Both the position numbers and the translations under genes were made by a program. Of a stretch of DNA of 64,000 nucleotides, positions 26,581 to 36,600 are shown piece after piece. Each line of letters opens with the position of its first letter. Position 1 is the first letter of the stretch. The notes beneath the pieces were generated by a model. It ran no database searches, was not told the origin of the DNA, and saw only the letters and a list, made by a program, of their open reading frames with translations. The DNA lies in assembly GCA_019694455.1 (NCBI GenBank), contig JAIBBY010000003.1:597-64596 (forward strand). The letters are read 5' to 3'. Source of the stretch: Pirellulales bacterium (GTDB lineage: Bacteria; Planctomycetota; Planctomycetia; Pirellulales; JAEUIK01).

Positions 26581-29208
26581 ATGGATGTTCGCCCAAGTAT
26601 CGACCTCGAAGAGGTCGCCCGCACGCTCGGTTTGCCGCGCCCGCGTGTCTCCGCAGCCGTCGCGCTTCTGGACGCCGGCAATACGGTGCCGTTCATTACT
26701 CGCTACCGTAAGGATCAAACGGGCGGACTCGACGAGGAGCAAATCCGCGAGATTCAGGCGCGCGTGACGGCGCTGCGACTACTGGCGGATCGCAAGCAGA
26801 CGATCCTGCGATCGATCGAATCGCAAGGCAAACTCACTGCGGACCTGGCGGAGCAAATTCGCGGCGCCGACAGCACACGCGTGCTCGAAGACTTGTACTT
26901 GCCGTTCAAACCCAAGAAGCAAACCTTGGCCACCTCGGCGCGCGACCGGGGGCTCGAACCGCTGGCCCAGGAAATTTTGAACGCGGATGCCGCCGCGGCA
27001 GACTTGGACGCTCGCGCCGGCGACTTCGTCAATCCCGATCATCAGATCGGCACGCCAGCCGAGGCACTGTTGGGCGCCGGCCATATCTTGGCGGAATGGT
27101 TCAGCGAGCGCGCCGAACTGCGGCAGCAACTGCGCGTGATCGTCGAGCGCAGCGGCGTGCTGTCCAGCGCGCGCATTGAAGGACCGACCGTCGACGCGAC
27201 GGCAACCGTAGCCGAGAACGCGGCTACCCCGTCTGCCACGCCGGCAGAAAAGAGCCGACGCAACGACAAGGTGCAGCAACACGAGAAGCTGACTCAGCAG
27301 TTTCGCGACTATTTCAACTATCGCGAACCGGTGGGCCAAGCGCCACCGCACCGCGTGTTGGCCATCAACCGCGGCGAACGCGCTAAGATTTTGCGTGTGA
27401 AGATCGAAATCGACCGCTCAGCTTGCGAATCGGCCGCCGACGAATCGCTGGCGCCGGCCGAGCATCCGCATCGCGAATTTCTGCGTGGCTGCGCGCGCGA
27501 CACGCTGGACCGCCTCATTCTGCCGAGCTTGGAGCGCGAATTGCGCCGCGAGCTGACTGAATTCGCGGAGCAACACGCGGTCTCGGTATTTGCCCGCAAT
27601 CTGCGCAGCTTGCTTTTGCAGCCGCCCATTCGCGGCAAACGCGTGCTGGCGATTGATCCGGGATTCAAGAGCGGATGCAAACTCGCGGCGCTCGACGAGT
27701 TTGGCGCGCCGTTGGCAAACGATGTAATTCACATTATTGGCAGCGCCGAAAAACGCGCGGCGACTCGGGCCAAGCTACTGGAGTTTATTCGCCTACATCA
27801 GACGCCGATTATCGCCATTGGCAACGGCACAGCCTGCCGGCAAACGGAAGAGCTGGTGGCCGAGATCCTCATGAACGACCTCAAAGACGAAGAGGTCGCG
27901 TATTGCATCGTTAACGAAGCGGGGGCTAGCGTCTATTCGGCCAGCCCTTTGGGACGCGAGGAGTTTCCGCATTTCGACGCCACCTTGCGCGGCACGATCT
28001 CCATCGGTCGCCGATTGCAGGATCCGCTCAGCGAGTTGGTCAAGATCGAGCCGGGCAACATCGGCGTCGGCATGTACCAACACGATGTGAAGGCCAAGCA
28101 TCTGCGCGACACGCTCGACGGCGTGGTGGAGTCGTGCGTCAACTATGTCGGCGTCGATGTGAACAGCGCCAGTCCCGCGCTGATGCGCTATGTCTCAGGG
28201 CTCAATCAACTCACCGCTCGTCGCGTGTTCGAGCACCGGCTGGCCAACGGCCCTTTCACTAATCGCGAGCAGCTCAAGCAGGTTTCTGGCTTTGGCGACG
28301 TGGCCTACACCCAATCGGCTGGCTTTCTCAAAATTGCGGGGGGCGATCAGCCGCTGGATGCCACTTGGATTCATCCCGAGAGCTATGCGGTTGCGCAGCG
28401 CGTGCTCGAAAAGCTTGGCTGCTCTCTGGAAACGATCGCCGACAAGGCTGGCGCCCAGGCTTTGGCCAATCGCCTGAACGAGATCGATCGCGATGCGCTG
28501 GCTCAAGAGGTGAGCGCCGGACGGCTGACGCTCGACGACATTCTTGCCAACCTCACCCGCCCTGGCCGCGACCCGCGAGACGATTTGCCGCTCCCAGTGT
28601 TCAAGCATGGCATACTCAAGCTGGAAGATGTCGAGCCCGGCATGGAGTTGGCGGGCACCGTGCTCAACGTGGTCGACTTCGGCGCATTTGTCGATGTCGG
28701 ACTGAGCGAACGCGGTCTGGTTCATATCAGCCAAATGGCCGGCAAGTTTGTGGCCAGCCCGCACGAACTGTTGTCGGTTGGCGACACGGTGAGAGTCTGG
28801 GTGCTCGGCGTCGATCGTGAGCGTCGGCGCGTGTCGCTATCGATGATCTCGCCGCAGCAACGCGCCGAGCGCGAGCGTCCGCAGCGCGAACGGGCGCAGC
28901 GTCCGCCGCGCCGCAAGCCCGCAGCGGCTGTGCAGGGGGGACCGCCAGCATCCGCGGATGGGTCGCAAAACCAGGGTAGCGGACGGCCGTCGCACGGAGG
29001 CTCTGGTCAATCGGGACGCCGCGACAATCGTCGGCATCAGCAAGAGCGGCCACGCCGCCCGGCGCGTCCGAAGCCGCCGGTCAAACTCACCTCCGAAATG
29101 AAGGAGGGAAAAGAGCCGGTCTACAGTTTTGCGGCGCTCAAGCAATTGCTGGAGTTGCGTTCTCAAGAGCAGCCTGCGGAATCGAGCGGCGACAAGCCAG
29201 CGAACTGA
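26581..29208 (+). CDS. tex: Tex-like transcription accessory protein (S1 RNA-binding)
   Basis: Contains 'VPFITRYRKDQTGGLDE', the YqgF-like 'VLAIDPGFKSGCKLA', and the C-terminal S1 segment 'GMELAGTVLNVVDFGAFVDVG'. The tail is basic. Confidence 0.9.
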   Translation: MDVRPSIDLEEVARTLGLPRPRVSAAVALLDAGNTVPFITRYRKDQTGGLDEEQIREIQARVTALRLLADRKQTILRSIESQGKLTADLAEQIRGADSTRVLEDLYLPFKPKKQTLATSARDRGLEPLAQEILNADAAAADLDARAGDFVNPDHQIGTPAEALLGAGHILAEWFSERAELRQQLRVIVERSGVLSSARIEGPTVDATATVAENAATPSATPAEKSRRNDKVQQHEKLTQQFRDYFNYREPVGQAPPHRVLAINRGERAKILRVKIEIDRSACESAADESLAPAEHPHREFLRGCARDTLDRLILPSLERELRRELTEFAEQHAVSVFARNLRSLLLQPPIRGKRVLAIDPGFKSGCKLAALDEFGAPLANDVIHIIGSAEKRAATRAKLLEFIRLHQTPIIAIGNGTACRQTEELVAEILMNDLKDEEVAYCIVNEAGASVYSASPLGREEFPHFDATLRGTISIGRRLQDPLSELVKIEPGNIGVGMYQHDVKAKHLRDTLDGVVESCVNYVGVDVNSASPALMRYVSGLNQLTARRVFEHRLANGPFTNREQLKQVSGFGDVAYTQSAGFLKIAGGDQPLDATWIHPESYAVAQRVLEKLGCSLETIADKAGAQALANRLNEIDRDALAQEVSAGRLTLDDILANLTRPGRDPRDDLPLPVFKHGILKLEDVEPGMELAGTVLNVVDFGAFVDVGLSERGLVHISQMAGKFVASPHELLSVGDTVRVWVLGVDRERRRVSLSMISPQQRAERERPQRERAQRPPRRKPAAAVQGGPPASADGSQNQGSGRPSHGGSGQSGRRDNRRHQQERPRRPARPKPPVKLTSEMKEGKEPVYSFAALKQLLELRSQEQPAESSGDKPAN

Positions 29209-29369
29209 GTCGCCCGAACGAGCGATTGAGGCGCTGTCTGGCGAAAGCGCTCACCACAGCGCCCTTGCCAGCCGACGCGTTGTCCCGCACATTGGTGGCT
29301 GAACCGTGATGCGCCGTATCCCATATCGGCGCGTCTTCATCCACACTCCCCAGGTCGATTGACTGATTG

Positions 29370-29855
29370 ATGGAATTTGAAAAACGGCTGGAAAAAGCGA
29401 TCGAACGCGGGCAGCGCCGCAGCGACGCCCGTGAACAGGAGGCCGCCCAGGCGGCATTGAGCGAAGAGGAACTGCGCCGCTTGCACAGTCAACATCGCTT
29501 GGCGCTGTCGGAGCATATCGAGCATTGTCTGCGCGCATTGCCGCAACACTTCCCTGGCTTTCGCTATGAAACGATCGTCGGAGAGCGCGGCTGGGGGGCG
29601 GCGATCCGTCGCGACGATTTAATCATCCAACCCGGTCGCGGCAAGGCCGAGTATTTCAGCCGTTTGGAAATGGTGATTCGGCCGTACAGCTCGGCTCATA
29701 TCCTCGAGTTGCAAGCCAAGGGAACCATTCGCAACAAAGAAGCGTATCAGCGCAACCACTATCAGCGGCTGTCGGATATCGACATCACCTCGTTTAACGA
29801 GTTGATCGATTTATGGGTGCTTGAATACGCCGAGCAGTACGCGGCAATTCAATAA
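29370..29855 (+). CDS. Hypothetical protein (161 aa)
   Basis: ORF with normal composition. No motif recognised. Confidence 0.5.
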   Translation: MEFEKRLEKAIERGQRRSDAREQEAAQAALSEEELRRLHSQHRLALSEHIEHCLRALPQHFPGFRYETIVGERGWGAAIRRDDLIIQPGRGKAEYFSRLEMVIRPYSSAHILELQAKGTIRNKEAYQRNHYQRLSDIDITSFNELIDLWVLEYAEQYAAIQ

Positions 29856-29867
29856 CCGCTGGTCAGG

Positions 29868-30641
29868 TTAGGCGTGGACCTGCACGCCGCTATCGACCGT
29901 CAGCGTTTCTCCCTGCACCATGTCCGACAGCGAGCTAGCCAGAAACAGCACGCAATTGGCAACATCGTCAGCGGTTAGATAACGCTCGCCGGTCATGTTG
30001 CGGAACTGTCGCCCCGCGAAGAGTTGGTCCGCATAGGGTATCTTGCGCGTGGAGTCGGTTTCCACGAGTCCGGCCCGCACCACGTTCACGTTGATCCCTT
30101 TGCCGCCCAGTTCCATGGCCAGGTGCCGCACGATGCTTTCCAGAGCGGCCTTGGAGCCGCCAATCAGGCCGTACAGCGGCAATGCCATGTTCGCGCCATG
30201 ACTCGACAAGGCGATGACCTTGCCGCGCCCCTCGCGCTCGTCGGTGCGCTCCAGCAAGTTAGCGCTTTGCTGCACCAGGTGCAATAAAGCCATGACGTTG
30301 GTCTTCATGGCCGCCTCGAAGTTGCGCGGGCTAGCCGACAATAGCGGTCGGAAGCCGCCCGTCGCGGCATTGCTCACCAAGATATCGAGTCGCCCAAATC
30401 GCTCCGCGACGAACTCGACCATGGACGCCACATCGTCCTGTTCGCTGACATCGGCCTTGACGACCGCGGCGCGGCTGCCGCGCGCCAAGATCAGGTCGCC
30501 GACTTCGCGGGCGGCGCTCTCGGAGGTGACATAGTTGATGATCACGTCGGCGCCTGCGTCGGCCAGCTTCAACGCGCAGGCCCTGCCAATGCCGCGCGAG
30601 CCCCCCGTGACAAGCGCCACGCGTCCGGTCAGGTCGATCAT
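29868..30641 (-). CDS. SDR-family enoyl-[ACP] reductase, FabL-like
   Basis: 257 aa from the ATG at 30641. Contains 'TGGSRGIGRA', and 'YGLIGGSK' is a Tyr-x6-Lys spacing typical of FabI/FabL rather than the YxxxK of ketoreductases. It begins 28 nt downstream of the PKS stop codon. Confidence 0.75.
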   Translation of the reverse strand: MIDLTGRVALVTGGSRGIGRACALKLADAGADVIINYVTSESAAREVGDLILARGSRAAVVKADVSEQDDVASMVEFVAERFGRLDILVSNAATGGFRPLLSASPRNFEAAMKTNVMALLHLVQQSANLLERTDEREGRGKVIALSSHGANMALPLYGLIGGSKAALESIVRHLAMELGGKGINVNVVRAGLVETDSTRKIPYADQLFAGRQFRNMTGERYLTADDVANCVLFLASSLSDMVQGETLTVDSGVQVHA

Positions 30642-30669
30642 GGAAAATGCTCCTTGATTGGTCAAAGTT

Positions 30670-33600
30670 CTAAATGGCTTTTTCGGCGGCGAGCACCGTG
30701 GTGTACTGCGCGACGTCGAGAATCGCGTCGCCGCTTTCGCCGTAGAGTGTGAAATCAAAAACGCTGTGCTTTTCGGCGCGACTGCGAAAATGGAACCGCA
30801 GCATGCACTTCTCGCCCGCGCGTGGCTGACGCGCCAACCGCAGAAAGCCGATGCGGTGCGGCAACTCCAAACGGCCTGAGAACTGCAGAAAAATAAAGCT
30901 GCCGCAGGCCACGACGCAGGCGTCGAGCACGGCGGAAGGAAAAACCCAACCCTGCTCGCCGCGCGGCCCAGCCAGTTCGGCGAGCGACGGCGCAACGATG
31001 CGGGCGAAGCCACCCTCATAATCAAAACTGAACTCTTTGAGCGCGCGCAGCTTGTGGCCGTGGTAGAGCAAGCCGTTGTCGGCATACACAAACGGCAGCC
31101 AACCGACTGCCGGCTGGTCCATCGGCGGCGCGGCCAGGTCAGTCTGGCGCGACCCCAATTCGACGCGGCCGCTGGCGCAGGCCCGCGCCGGATCGACCAT
31201 CAGTCCTTTGCGATTGCGCACTTCGACCGTCAGCCGGGCGTCGCGCTGTGGCCCATCGCCCGACAATCGCACATGCGCGCTGACCGTGCGCTGCGGTTGA
31301 CACTTGATGCCTTGCACAATCTCAAAATCGCGCACCGCCACGACCTGCTGCCCCGTGGCCGCGCTGGCGGCCTGCGCCATCGCTTCCAGCGCCAGGACGC
31401 CCGGCAAGAAGGGCGCGCCGCGCAAGGTGTGTTCGATCAAGAACGGGTCGACTTCCGGATTGAAGCGCAACTCGGCCACTGACGAATGCGGCGCTTCGCC
31501 CGCCTGTACGCTCGCAATCAAGGGTGGCAGCGCCGGCGGCGATTGCTCTTTGATCGTCGCGACCGTTTGTTCGCGTTCGCCATAGAACAATCCTTCAAAA
31601 TAGCCATCGGTGACGACCACCTCGGGCGTCGGCAGCGCTGCGGCAAGTTCGCGCTCGCAGTGTCGCACCCCCTCGGATGGCGAAATGTATTTCATGGCCA
31701 GCGAATTGCGATTGATTGGCACGCTGTCGCTAAGCATGGCCATGCCAATTTCGTCCCAGGTCTGCCAGGCGATCGAAGCGGTGGCGCAATCGGGGCGTTC
31801 GCCACGATGCCAAGATCCGAGCTTGGCCAGCACTTCGTTGGCGGCCGCGTAGTCGCTGAGACCGTTGCCGCCGTAACGGCCGCTGATCGATCCGAACGAC
31901 AAGAAATGCCGCACAGGATCTTGACGTGTCAGCGCCATCAGCGCGAGCGCGCCATCGAATTTGGGCGCGAGTGTGCGTTCGATCAGCGCTCGCCCCTTCA
32001 TTTCCAATCGCGCGCTCTTGGCGTAACCGGCGCCGTGGATCACACCCGCAATTGGGCCATCTTGCGATCGCACTTGGTCCAGAACGCGCGACAGGACCTC
32101 CCAATTCGAGACGTCGCACGAGTGGTAGGTCGCCGCGACCTGCGCCGCGCGGAACTTCTCGAGCGTGGCGTGAATCTCACGCCCCTTTTTCACGCGCGCC
32201 CAATCCTCCTCCGGCGAGCGACCATCGGCGACCGCGCGGCGGACAATTTCTTGTTTGATCTCTTTCAATCGGGCATCGTCCGCATCGAGCCAAGGCGCAT
32301 CGGCGGGTGGCAAGGGACTGACGCCAACCAGGTGCAACTTCAATCCGTACTTTTTGCCTAAATGCAGCGCAGTGGCCGCGGTGATTCCGCGTGCGCCGCC
32401 GGTCACCACCCAGACACTGCCGGGCGTGATCGAACAGGCGTCGCTGTCCGCAAGCTCGCGAGGAGTCACGCGCGTGGTAAATCGTCGCCCGGCCTGCCAG
32501 GCCACCTCAATCTCATGGGTGGCGGCGGCCAACTCCGCCACGATCGCCTCCCCCACCTGTTGCGGTGGTTCACTGGCGGCCAGATCGATTACCTGGCAGC
32601 GGATGGCGCGGTCTTTGCGGCGCGCCCCTTCGACATGCACCGACTTGACGAGCCCCGCCAAGGCACCCCCCTCCGGCGCGAAGCCAGTCGATGCGATGCC
32701 AAAGTCGCCCCCCAAATTCGTCACAGCGACCAGATTCGAATTAGCGGAAGACTGAATGCCGCTCAACCGCTTGAGCCAACGCTGAGTCACCAAGAAGGGC
32801 AGCACGATGCCGCGTTCGCGCCGCTGCCGAATGGATGCCGGAGTATCCAGCAACATGGCGTCGGGATCGCGGGCCGTGACCAGCACCAGGTGTGCGGCAG
32901 GTTCAGTGGACCACTGGGCATCAAGCCGGGCTAACACTTCGTCGATTTCGCCATCCAGCGCAGGATGCTGAACCGTCTCGCCGCGAGCCGTCAACATTTG
33001 AGCGATCGCATCGGCGTCGGCATTGTCGCCGAGGACGCAAACAGTCCCTTCAAGCGCCGCGTCACGCGATGCTCGATCCAATGGCGACTCCTCCAAGGTC
33101 AATACAAATCGGCGGGCGACATCGCCGCCAGACGAGTCAACCGCAGTCGTCTCTTCCGTTTCGTTCGTGGCGGAGGGCTCGAATGGATGATCGGCCGATC
33201 CGGGACCGTAGTAGCGTTCAAAGAATTCGCGACTGGTAATCAAGGCCTCGGTGTCATCGGCGTCGGCGGCCAATTCACGAACCAAGTGCGCCAAGCCATC
33301 GCGCTTCGGCATCAACTCCGGCGCGTCGGTCATCTGAAAGGTGGCTCGCGTTTCGGGACGATAGGCCATGCCCACCTCGTCCCAGGGATGCCAATGGAAC
33401 GTGATCGATCGCACATCGGGCCGTCGCGCGCGATACCAACCGCTCAGCTTGGCCAACATGTCGCTGGCAGCGCAGTAGTCAGCCTGGCCATTGCTGCCCA
33501 GCCGTCCGCTAATCGAACCGAAGCCGACGAAATGGCGGATTGGATCGGACTGGGTCAAAGTCATCAGGTTGTACGCCCCGGTGACTTTGGCGCCGAGAGT

Positions 33601-36600
33601 GGCGGCGACTAGCTCGGGGCTTTTCTTCTCAAATTTGCCGGAACGCTCTATGCCGGCGCCGTGCAGCACGCCGGTGATCGGCCCGCTGCGGCGGACTTGG
33701 TCCAACACGCGGGCCAGAGCCTCGCGATCAGTCACGCTGCACGTGTAATAGTCGAATGCGATGCCTGCGGCGCGAAACGCGTTCAGGTTCTTTTGAACCT
33801 CGATCGCCTTTTCCACTGGCGCCCAGGCGTCGGTCGGACGACGGCCAGCTTTTTGAGCCTCCAGAATCACCTGCGACTTCAACTCTCGCAGGCCGTTCTC
33901 GTCGAGCGTCAACCATTCGGCCGGCACATTAGGAAGCGGACTCGTTCCGAGCAAATGCAGCCGAACATCGTAGCGCTGCGCCAATTCACGCGCGCACTCC
34001 GCGGTGATGCCGCGCGCGCCGCCGGTAATAATCCAATTGCCCTGCGGCACGCGATCGGCGCGAGGCGCATCGGCCAAACGCGCCGGAATGGCGTTTTGCA
34101 AGTACCGGCGCTCTTTGCGAAATGCGACTTCGTAATCGATGGACCGCGCGGCCAGTTCGCGCAAGATATTCTTTGCGAGCGCTTCGGCAGGCTCATCGGC
34201 CGGGGCATCGATCGCCTTGACCAGCAGATTCTTCTGGTCGCGCATGATCTTGAACTCGATACAGAGCGCCTTGATCAGTCCCGCCAGCGCTCCCCCTTCC
34301 GGAGAGGCGGTCTGACCGCCAAACCCAAGATCGCCGCCGTGACATGTCAGCGCGACGACGGTGGAGCGATCGAGCCACTTCTTCGCCACGGCCTGCGTCG
34401 TCCATGCCTGTGTTAAAAAGAAAGGCGCCACCACCGCCGATTCCAAGCGCGCGTCGAACTGCGCGGGATCGCCCATGTCGGCGCTGGTCGCATCGAAATG
34501 CGACAGCAAGAACAAATGGGCGACCGGGCCTTGGGCCCAGAATGCCTCGATCTGTTGCCGCATCTCCGCCAGATTGCCCATGCGGGTTATTCGATGCACT
34601 ACGGCGCCCGTCGCCCGGCATTGCCGCGACAACGCCTCGGCAACTGGATTGTCCCCCACGATCAATGCGGCGCCTTGCCACACCGGCGCGGCCGGCGTGT
34701 TGGCGGCGAACGCCATAGGGATGGTGCGCATGGTGAACCGCATACTCTCCAGCGGATCACGCGGAGTCGACGCGATGGTCGGTGGCGACTGCTTGGGCGT
34801 TTTGGCCGCGCGACCGTTGACGCTTCCGGCCGTTGGCCGTTTGGGTTCGATTCGCGCCTTCCAATGGTCCGGGAGACGAGTCGACTCCTCGCCAATCCAC
34901 AGGAGACCTTTACCCGGATCAATGACCACCGAGAGGTGTGACCAATCCTCCCGCCGGTCGGCGACCGCAATGGCGACTTCTTGACGAGCGACCGTCGCTT
35001 CGGCGCGACAGGCGTCGCGCACCAGATCGGCCACGGGATAGTGTCCGGCCTGCGCTTGAGTCGCCAATGCCTCCCAGCGCGAGCGTGTCGCAGCGAGCGG
35101 CGACGCATCGATGCCGAGCGCCACCACCAAGACATCGTCGGCGGTTTGCGCGCTAGTAGCGGACGGGTTTTGATAGTGAATGGCCGTGGGCGCGGCGCTC
35201 CCTAGCAAGATTCCGACCGAAGGTGATGCGTCAGCCGCCTCCAAGGCGCTGGCGACGTCTCGCCCGCGAGTCAGCGCCCGCGCGACAGTGCGCGCCCAGC
35301 CTTCCGCTGGCGCCTGACCCGGCAGTGGCGCGGCGCTGGCGGTCAACCCCTCCGCGTTCACGCCGGCAATGCCGCCGACTGTGCCCACAAGTCCTACCAG
35401 CGCGTGTTCGACTCCCAGGAGCGGCTGGCGAATGAACACGGCCGGCTGCAGCACTTCGTCGAACGCGGCCATTAGGGGCCCAGTCCATGCTGCGGCATGC
35501 AAGAGCGACGTATCGCTCGCCTCGCGCGCGGCGAACTGCAGGCTGGATTGGCCCACATCCACAAATGCCGCGTTTTGATGCGCCATGATGCCCGCCAGCG
35601 GAACCTCTGCTCCGTCAGCGATACCTTGCAGTTCGTCCAGCTCCTGATCGGTGAAACGCTGCTGCGAATCACCACCTGCCGGCCCGACGCACGCCAAGTC
35701 CCCCAGATCGGCATATGTCCGCAATATCTGGCGGATCGCTCGCCGATAATGGCGACCATGGGCAAGCCCCATCTCATACGGCGTGCCAGTTTGCGCCACG
35801 GGCTCACATGCGGTCGGCGCCGACGGCGACAGATCGTAGGTCGGTGGCAAAACCGAATCCTCAATCGTCACCGCCGCGGGTGGCGCGATGGTGTCGGTCG
35901 CGCCGACCGCATTCTCAAAAGGGTGGGCAGTCGCCTCCCCGTTCGTTTCATGGCCGCTCATGCTGGCCGCAAACGGTGCAGACGCTCGAAATGGCACGGT
36001 GCGAAGGAAGTCGAGCACGTGCCGCAGCGTGGGAAACTGGTCGAGGGTCAGCTCCTCTGTCGGCACCACATCGAAATACTCCTGCAACTCGCCGAAGAGC
36101 TGCGCCTTCTTGATGCTGTCGATGCCGAGATCGGCCTCCAGATCGGCGTCGAGCTCCACCACTTCCGGCGGATAGCCCGTTTGCTCGACTACGAAGTTGA
36201 TTAAGAAGCGTTCCAGCTCATCGACGTTGGGGGCATGAGCGTTGGCCGCGGCAGCCGGTTGTGGCGCCGGCCCGGTAACCGGAGGCGGCTCGGCCTGCGG
36301 CGCGGCTGCGCTCTCGGACAGCGACAAAGACGCCGTCGCCCGAATTGGCACGGTGCGAAGAAAGTCGAGCACGTGTCGCAGCGTGGGGAACTGGTCGAGG
36401 GTCAGCTCCTCTGTCGGCACCACATCGAAATACTCCTGCAACTCGCCAAAGAGCTGCGCCTTCTTGATGCTGTCGATGCCGAGATCGGCCTCCAGATCGG
36501 CGTCGAGCTCCACCACTTCTGGCGGATAGCCAGTCTGCTCGACCACAAAGTTGATCAAGAAGCGTTCCAGCTCATCGACGCCGGGCGCCGCCGGAGCTGC

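Noticed and set aside
29868-31091. The full 407-aa ORF for the SDR gene, and likewise the N-terminal extensions of 56484..58226, 12281..12799, 61644..62855 and 5462..6439.
   Set aside because: The extensions overlap the neighbouring well-supported genes or cross obvious promoter/AT-rich DNA, and their composition is aberrant. Internal starts give proteins beginning at the expected family N-termini or signal peptides.
31727-31741. Other TGGCAC hexamers considered as sigma-54 promoters, for example at 31727, 35992, 36347, 22285 and 22837.
   Set aside because: All lie inside coding regions and lack a GC dinucleotide at the required -12 spacing. Only the 15790 site is both intergenic and correctly spaced.
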